Shown: positions 59,375 through 64,000 of the stretch, piece after piece
Layout: each line of letters begins with the position of its first letter
Position numbering within the stretch: the stretch's first letter is position 1
NCBI GenBank assembly: GCA_002898235.1
Contig: BEIL01000002.1
Span: 51,264-115,263, forward strand
Source: a bacterium HR35
GTDB lineage: Bacteria; Patescibacteriota; Minisyncoccia; UBA6257; HR35
DNA length: 64,000 bases
Direction: 5' to 3'
Notes under the pieces: generated by a model
Told to the model about the DNA's origin: nothing
Seen by the model: only the letters and a program-made list of their open reading frames with translations
Databases searched by the model: none
Program-made: the position numbers and the translations under genes

Positions 59375-60391
59375 ATGGTTAAATTTTTAAAGGAGCTTTT
59401 TTTAGGAATTGATTTAGGCACAGCAACTACCAAAATTTATCTTAAAGGTAAAGGATTTCTTAAGGAAGTGCCAACAGTTATTGCTTTTAATAAAAGAAAT
59501 AACGAAATAATTGCTATTGGTTATGAAGCTCAAAAAATGCTCGGCCGAAGTCCGGCTAATATTGAAGTTGTTAAACCATTGACTCACGGAGTAGTGACTA
59601 ATTTTGATGAAGCTCTTTATTTTCTCAATTTTCTTTTAGAAGAATTAAAAAAAGATTATTTACCAATTTTGGGTACTAAATTTTTGATTGGAATTCCGTT
59701 AGATTTAACCGAGGTTCAAAAAAGAGGAGTTGTTGATGTAGGTTTAGGTGCTGGAGCTAATAAAGTTTATTTAATTGAAGAACCTATTGCCTTTGCTTTA
59801 GGAGCTAATCTTGACATCGAAGAAGCTAAGGGGCTTTTAGTTGTTGATATTGGCGGAGGTACAACTGATATTGCTTTAATTTCCTTAGGAGGCATTGTTT
59901 TAGGTAGAAGTATTAGAATTGGTGGAGAGACTTTTAATCAAAATATAATTGATTATTTAAAAGAAAAATATGAGGTAGTTATTGGCGAAGGTCAAGCAGA
60001 AAGAGCAAAAATCTCTATAGGGACAATTATTGAAAAAAACCCGAATACTTTTTTGATTAAGGGGAGAGATATTTATTCTGGCTTACCAAAAGAAATCAAT
60101 TTTACCTCTCAGGACTTAAAAGAAAGTATTACTGATTCTCTTTTAGAAATAGCTAACCATCTTAGGGATATAATAAATTTAGCTCCCCCAGATCTTTTAG
60201 GCGATATTAGTTCTTTGGGGATTTTTTTAGGAGGCGGTGGTTCTTTAATTGAGGGCATCGGCCAATTTTTAGAAAAAGAAATAAAAGTTAAAGTTAATTT
60301 AGTTGAGGAATCAAAATTTTCGGTTATTCGAGGTTTAGGTAAAATTATAGAAGATTTTAATCATTATCAAAAACTTCTTTTGAATATTTAA
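59375..60391 (+). CDS. mreB: Rod shape-determining protein MreB (copy 2)
   Basis: GIDLGTAT, IEEP, DIGGGTTD, GGGGSL; precedes mreC. Confidence 0.92.
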   Translation: MVKFLKELFLGIDLGTATTKIYLKGKGFLKEVPTVIAFNKRNNEIIAIGYEAQKMLGRSPANIEVVKPLTHGVVTNFDEALYFLNFLLEELKKDYLPILGTKFLIGIPLDLTEVQKRGVVDVGLGAGANKVYLIEEPIAFALGANLDIEEAKGLLVVDIGGGTTDIALISLGGIVLGRSIRIGGETFNQNIIDYLKEKYEVVIGEGQAERAKISIGTIIEKNPNTFLIKGRDIYSGLPKEINFTSQDLKESITDSLLEIANHLRDIINLAPPDLLGDISSLGIFLGGGGSLIEGIGQFLEKEIKVKVNLVEESKFSVIRGLGKIIEDFNHYQKLLLNI

Positions 60392-60393
60392 TC

Positions 60394-61104
60394 ATGAAAA
60401 AGCTAATTATTTTTTTTCTAATTGGTTTAATTATTTTTAATCTGAGTAATCGAGTTTTAGCCGAAGAAGTAAACAATCTTCAATTTGTTTCTTTAAAAAT
60501 TCAAAAATTTTTTAATGATTTAGGAGAAGCAATTTTTACTTCTTTTTTAAAAAAAGAAGATGACCAATATAAAGAAAAATATTTTAGTCTTCTTCAAGAA
60601 TTAGCCGAATTGAAGCTTAATTTAAAAACAGCCGAAGAAAATCTTAAAGAACTATCCAGTTTAAAAAATCTTCAAAAACTCAATTTTCTTAAAAATGATA
60701 ATGTTGGTTATTATTATTTTGAAAATCTGGAAAAAGCCGAAGAAGGAGATATTGTAGTTGATAGAAAGTTAACTCTAATTGGTTTTATTTTAAAGAAAAC
60801 CAAAAACTACTTAATAGTTAAATCTTTGCTTTTTCCAGATTTAGAGTTTAATTTAGCTGATGCTGAAGGCGAGTTTTTAGGTTCTGGTAAAACCGTTGGT
60901 AACGGTTTTTTAGAAATTAATTATCCTCAAGCTAAAAAAATAGAAAAAAATCAACCAGTTTTTACTTTTGGCAATGATAATCTTTTCCCAGCTAACTTCT
61001 TAGTAGGTACAGTTTATGAAATTAAAAAAACTAATAATTCAGAAAGAGTTATTGTTAAACTTGAGGGAGCTTTTGAAGAAAAAGAATTTTATCTTTATAA
61101 ATGA
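60394..61104 (+). CDS. mreC: MreC-like protein
   Basis: N-terminal TM, coiled coil, beta domain with VFTFG..FPANFLVGTV; position after mreB. Confidence 0.8.
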   Translation: MKKLIIFFLIGLIIFNLSNRVLAEEVNNLQFVSLKIQKFFNDLGEAIFTSFLKKEDDQYKEKYFSLLQELAELKLNLKTAEENLKELSSLKNLQKLNFLKNDNVGYYYFENLEKAEEGDIVVDRKLTLIGFILKKTKNYLIVKSLLFPDLEFNLADAEGEFLGSGKTVGNGFLEINYPQAKKIEKNQPVFTFGNDNLFPANFLVGTVYEIKKTNNSERVIVKLEGAFEEKEFYLYK

Positions 61105-61502
61105 TTTATTTTCTCTTTTTACTTTTTCTTTTTTTAAATTTATTTTTGCCTTCAATTTTTTGGTTTAATTATCTTTTGTGGTTTTATTTTTTAAATAGAG
61201 AAGAGAAGAATTTTTTTAGCTTGCTCCTTTTTACTTCCTTTTTTTATGATTTTTACTATTTAAAAGATTTTGGTTATTTTTTAATGATTTTTTCGTTTCT
61301 TTTTTTAGTAATAAGCTTATTGAGAAAATTTTTACCTTTAGAAAATCCTCCTTTTCTTTTTTTGACATTCGCTTTTTTTCTTTTTTGTTTTTTAATAGCC
61401 TTTTTTTATCCTTTAAGTTTTCTAATTAAAATTTTTCTTTTAAACTTTTTAATATTTTTTCTTATCTTCCTCTTTTTACGCATTTTTCTTAAAATAATCT
61501 AG
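61101..61502 (+). CDS. MreD-like membrane protein
   Basis: Highly hydrophobic, between mreC and PBP2, FFYDF..FG motif. Confidence 0.6.
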   Translation: MIYFLFLLFLFLNLFLPSIFWFNYLLWFYFLNREEKNFFSLLLFTSFFYDFYYLKDFGYFLMIFSFLFLVISLLRKFLPLENPPFLFLTFAFFLFCFLIAFFYPLSFLIKIFLLNFLIFFLIFLFLRIFLKII

Positions 61503-61505
61503 AAA

Positions 61506-63281
61506 ATGGATTTTCTTTTTTTGCCTCGAGGAAAAAAAGTTTTTCTTAATTTAAACTTCGCTTATCTTTATTTAATTATTTTTTTTATCTTAACTTTTTT
61601 TTTATCATTTATTGTTTTTTTAAACCTTCAATTTTTTTATAAAAGCGAAGCTCAGGAGGTTTTAAATTCTTCACGTTATTTAACATTTTTTTATTTCCCA
61701 CCAAGAGGTAAAATTTTTGATCGTTATGGAAAACTTTTAGCCGATTCTCGAAAGGTTTATGATCTTTATGCTAATTTTCAAAGTTTAACAGAAGAAGAAA
61801 AAAATATGTTAACAGAAATTTTAGAAAAAGAAAAACCGCTTTATTTTTATTGGGGAGATGAACTAATAATTAGATTTTTAGAGCTTAATCAAGTAAGTAA
61901 AATTTTAGCTAATAAAGAAAAATATCCTAATATTTTTTTGATTCCCAGTTATAAGAGAGTTTACTATGGCGGCGAGGCTTTTGGTAATCTAATAGGCTAT
62001 TTAGGCCTAAGCGAAAAAAACAATTTGGAATTTGAAGGAAAAATTGGGATTGAGTCTTTTTATGATGAAGTTTTAAAAGGTAAGCCTGGCAAAATAGTTT
62101 ATCAAAAAATTAAAGGTAAATTAGTAAAAGTTTTAGAAGAAGAACCGATTTCCGGGAATGATATTTATTTAACAATTGATAAAGAACTTCAAGAAGCTAT
62201 TTACCAAGAGTTTAAAAATTATTTTCAAGAAACTGGCTATCAAAAAGGTAGCTTTATTTTAACTGATCCTCGTAATGGAGAAGTAATAGCTCTGATTTCT
62301 TATCCTTCTTTTGATTCAAATATCTTCTTAGAAAAAAGAAAAGAAATTCAAAAAATTTTAACCAACCAAAATAATCCTCTCTTTAATAGAGCTATTAGTG
62401 GCCTTTATTCTCCCGGTTCAACTATTAAAATAATAATTGGTGGAGCTGCTTTAGAAGAAAAAGTTGTTACTCCTCAAACAAAAATTTATTCAGCCGGAGA
62501 AATTAGAATACCTCATCCTTATTTTCCAGGAATTTATTCTGTTTTTAAAGATAACAAAGTCCATGGCTGGACAGATATTTATAAAGCTATTTCTAATTCT
62601 GTTAATGTTTATTTTTATTTAGTAGGCGGTGGTTATCCTTATCCCAATGAAGAACTACCCATTAAGAACGGTTTAGGAATTGAGAGGCTTGTTAATTATT
62701 TTAAAAAATTCAATTTAGGAGAAAAGACCGGAATTGATTTTCCTGGAGAAAAAGCAGGAATTTTACCTCAGTGGGAAAACAAAACTTGGAGACTAGGAGA
62801 TACTTATAATGTTTCTATCGGTCAAGGAGAAATATTAGTAACTCCTTTGCAAATAAATCTTTGGACTTCTTATTTTACTTATGGGAAAATTTATCGTCCT
62901 CATCTTCTAAAAAAAATTGTGGATAATCAAGGAAAAACTGTTTTTGAAGCTAAAAGTTTAGTTTTGAGAGAAAATATTATTTCAGAAGAAAATTGGAAGA
63001 TAATTAAGGAAGCAATGAAATTAACAGTCACTCAAGGGACAGCCAAAATGTTAAACGATCTTCCTTTGAAATTGGCTGGCAAAAGCGGTTCTCCTCAAAT
63101 TTTAGGTAAAGAAAAGTTGAATGCTATTTTTACTGGCTTTGCTCCTTTTGATAAACCAGAAATAACAGCTACCATTTTAATCGAAGAAGTTCCTTATGGA
63201 TCAGTAGCTTCTTTGCCTTTATTTAAAAATATAATGGCTCTTTATTATCAATTAAAAGTAAATGGAAGAAATTCTTTTTAA
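61506..63281 (+). CDS. mrdA: Penicillin-binding protein 2
   Basis: RGKIFDR, SxxK (PGSTIK), SVN, KSG. Confidence 0.93.
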   Translation: MDFLFLPRGKKVFLNLNFAYLYLIIFFILTFFLSFIVFLNLQFFYKSEAQEVLNSSRYLTFFYFPPRGKIFDRYGKLLADSRKVYDLYANFQSLTEEEKNMLTEILEKEKPLYFYWGDELIIRFLELNQVSKILANKEKYPNIFLIPSYKRVYYGGEAFGNLIGYLGLSEKNNLEFEGKIGIESFYDEVLKGKPGKIVYQKIKGKLVKVLEEEPISGNDIYLTIDKELQEAIYQEFKNYFQETGYQKGSFILTDPRNGEVIALISYPSFDSNIFLEKRKEIQKILTNQNNPLFNRAISGLYSPGSTIKIIIGGAALEEKVVTPQTKIYSAGEIRIPHPYFPGIYSVFKDNKVHGWTDIYKAISNSVNVYFYLVGGGYPYPNEELPIKNGLGIERLVNYFKKFNLGEKTGIDFPGEKAGILPQWENKTWRLGDTYNVSIGQGEILVTPLQINLWTSYFTYGKIYRPHLLKKIVDNQGKTVFEAKSLVLRENIISEENWKIIKEAMKLTVTQGTAKMLNDLPLKLAGKSGSPQILGKEKLNAIFTGFAPFDKPEITATILIEEVPYGSVASLPLFKNIMALYYQLKVNGRNSF

Positions 63282-64000
63282 AAAACCAATATTTACAGAA
63301 GAAGAGGAATTTCTTTTGAAGCCATTTTTTACCAATCTAGATAAATCAGTCTATGCTCTTACTCTTTTGCCTCCAGAGCTTGTAGGAGCTCTAGCCTCTC
63401 GAGCTTCTCGGGCAAAAGATGATTTGAGGATAGTTTTTTTAAATGATTTTATTAAACCATTTTTAGACACACCTTCGGGACAAGCTTTTTATCAACTTTC
63501 TAATTTTTTTCATCAGTATCCTTACGAAGTTTTATTTGCTAATCCTAAAGCTCGAGAGTTTTATTTAAAGTGGTTAGCGGATTATGGCGATGATTCGATA
63601 GCTCAAATGAGTGGAGTCCATCTTGTTTTTTCTTCCTTGTCTCAAATAGCAATTAAACATTTTGAAAATCAAAGAATTGGTTTAGCGCCAATTGAAAAAT
63701 CAACTCGCTATGTTGATTTTTCGGAAAAGATAAATGGTCATTTTCTTTATTTGACTCCACCAGAAATCAAAAAATTAAATTTAGAAAAAGAATACGAAAA
63801 TTTAATGGATCAAGCTTTTACTCTTTATCTTTTAGCTTCAGAAAAATATTTAGAATTTTTAAAGAAAGAATATCCAGAAGAAAAAGAAAGAGTTTTAAAA
63901 ACTAAAGTTTACGATGAACTAAGAAGAATTTTGCCCTTGAGTACTTTAAGTCAAGTTGCTTTTTTTGGAAATGGTCAAGCTTTTGAATATTTAATTAATC
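63262..64000 (+). CDS. thyX: FAD-dependent thymidylate synthase (long form), partial at window end
   Basis: FFTNLDKSVY, GALASRASR, YGDDSIAQ, IEKSTRYV; open to the window end. Confidence 0.85.
   Translation, partial: MEEILFKKPIFTEEEEFLLKPFFTNLDKSVYALTLLPPELVGALASRASRAKDDLRIVFLNDFIKPFLDTPSGQAFYQLSNFFHQYPYEVLFANPKAREFYLKWLADYGDDSIAQMSGVHLVFSSLSQIAIKHFENQRIGLAPIEKSTRYVDFSEKINGHFLYLTPPEIKKLNLEKEYENLMDQAFTLYLLASEKYLEFLKKEYPEEKERVLKTKVYDELRRILPLSTLSQVAFFGNGQAFEYLIN

Overview
AT-rich window from a Patescibacteria (CPR, Parcubacteria-like) chromosome using genetic code 11. The assignment rests on the missing rpmD/L30 in the spc block, the NYN gene between rpsO and pnp, a helicase-less PriA, a long ThyX, archaeal-type ProRS and the general scarcity of Shine-Dalgarno sites. 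Most of the window is housekeeping: recG, class II RNR nrdJ, a Xer-type recombinase, rpsO-pnp, tsaD, infC-rpmI, lepA, dtd, thrS, tuf-S10-spc-secY-adk, priA, two mreB, holB, frr, rseP, proS, mreCD-mrdA, thyX and tRNA-Gly(TCC). Three things stand out. (1) An ~11.4 kb foreign-looking island between dtd and thrS holds an operon of SAM methyltransferase, GT2 glycosyltransferase, a full type-2 IleRS and a DegT-family PLP aminotransferase. It is flanked by a divergent GT-A-like gene and a convergent APH/kinase-like gene and resembles an aminoacyl-aminosugar biosynthetic or resistance cluster, now partly frameshifted. (2) nrdJ carries a LAGLIDADG intein at the catalytic Cys, and the intein itself contains an in-frame ~160-bp element of 11-bp tandem units followed by their inverted copies. 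(3) Several decayed genes are present: a HEPN-MNT toxin-antitoxin pair, a ~677-aa coiled-coil gene, ABC-F, peptidase S51 and GDSL. All calls come from reading the sequence and motifs; no database searches were run.
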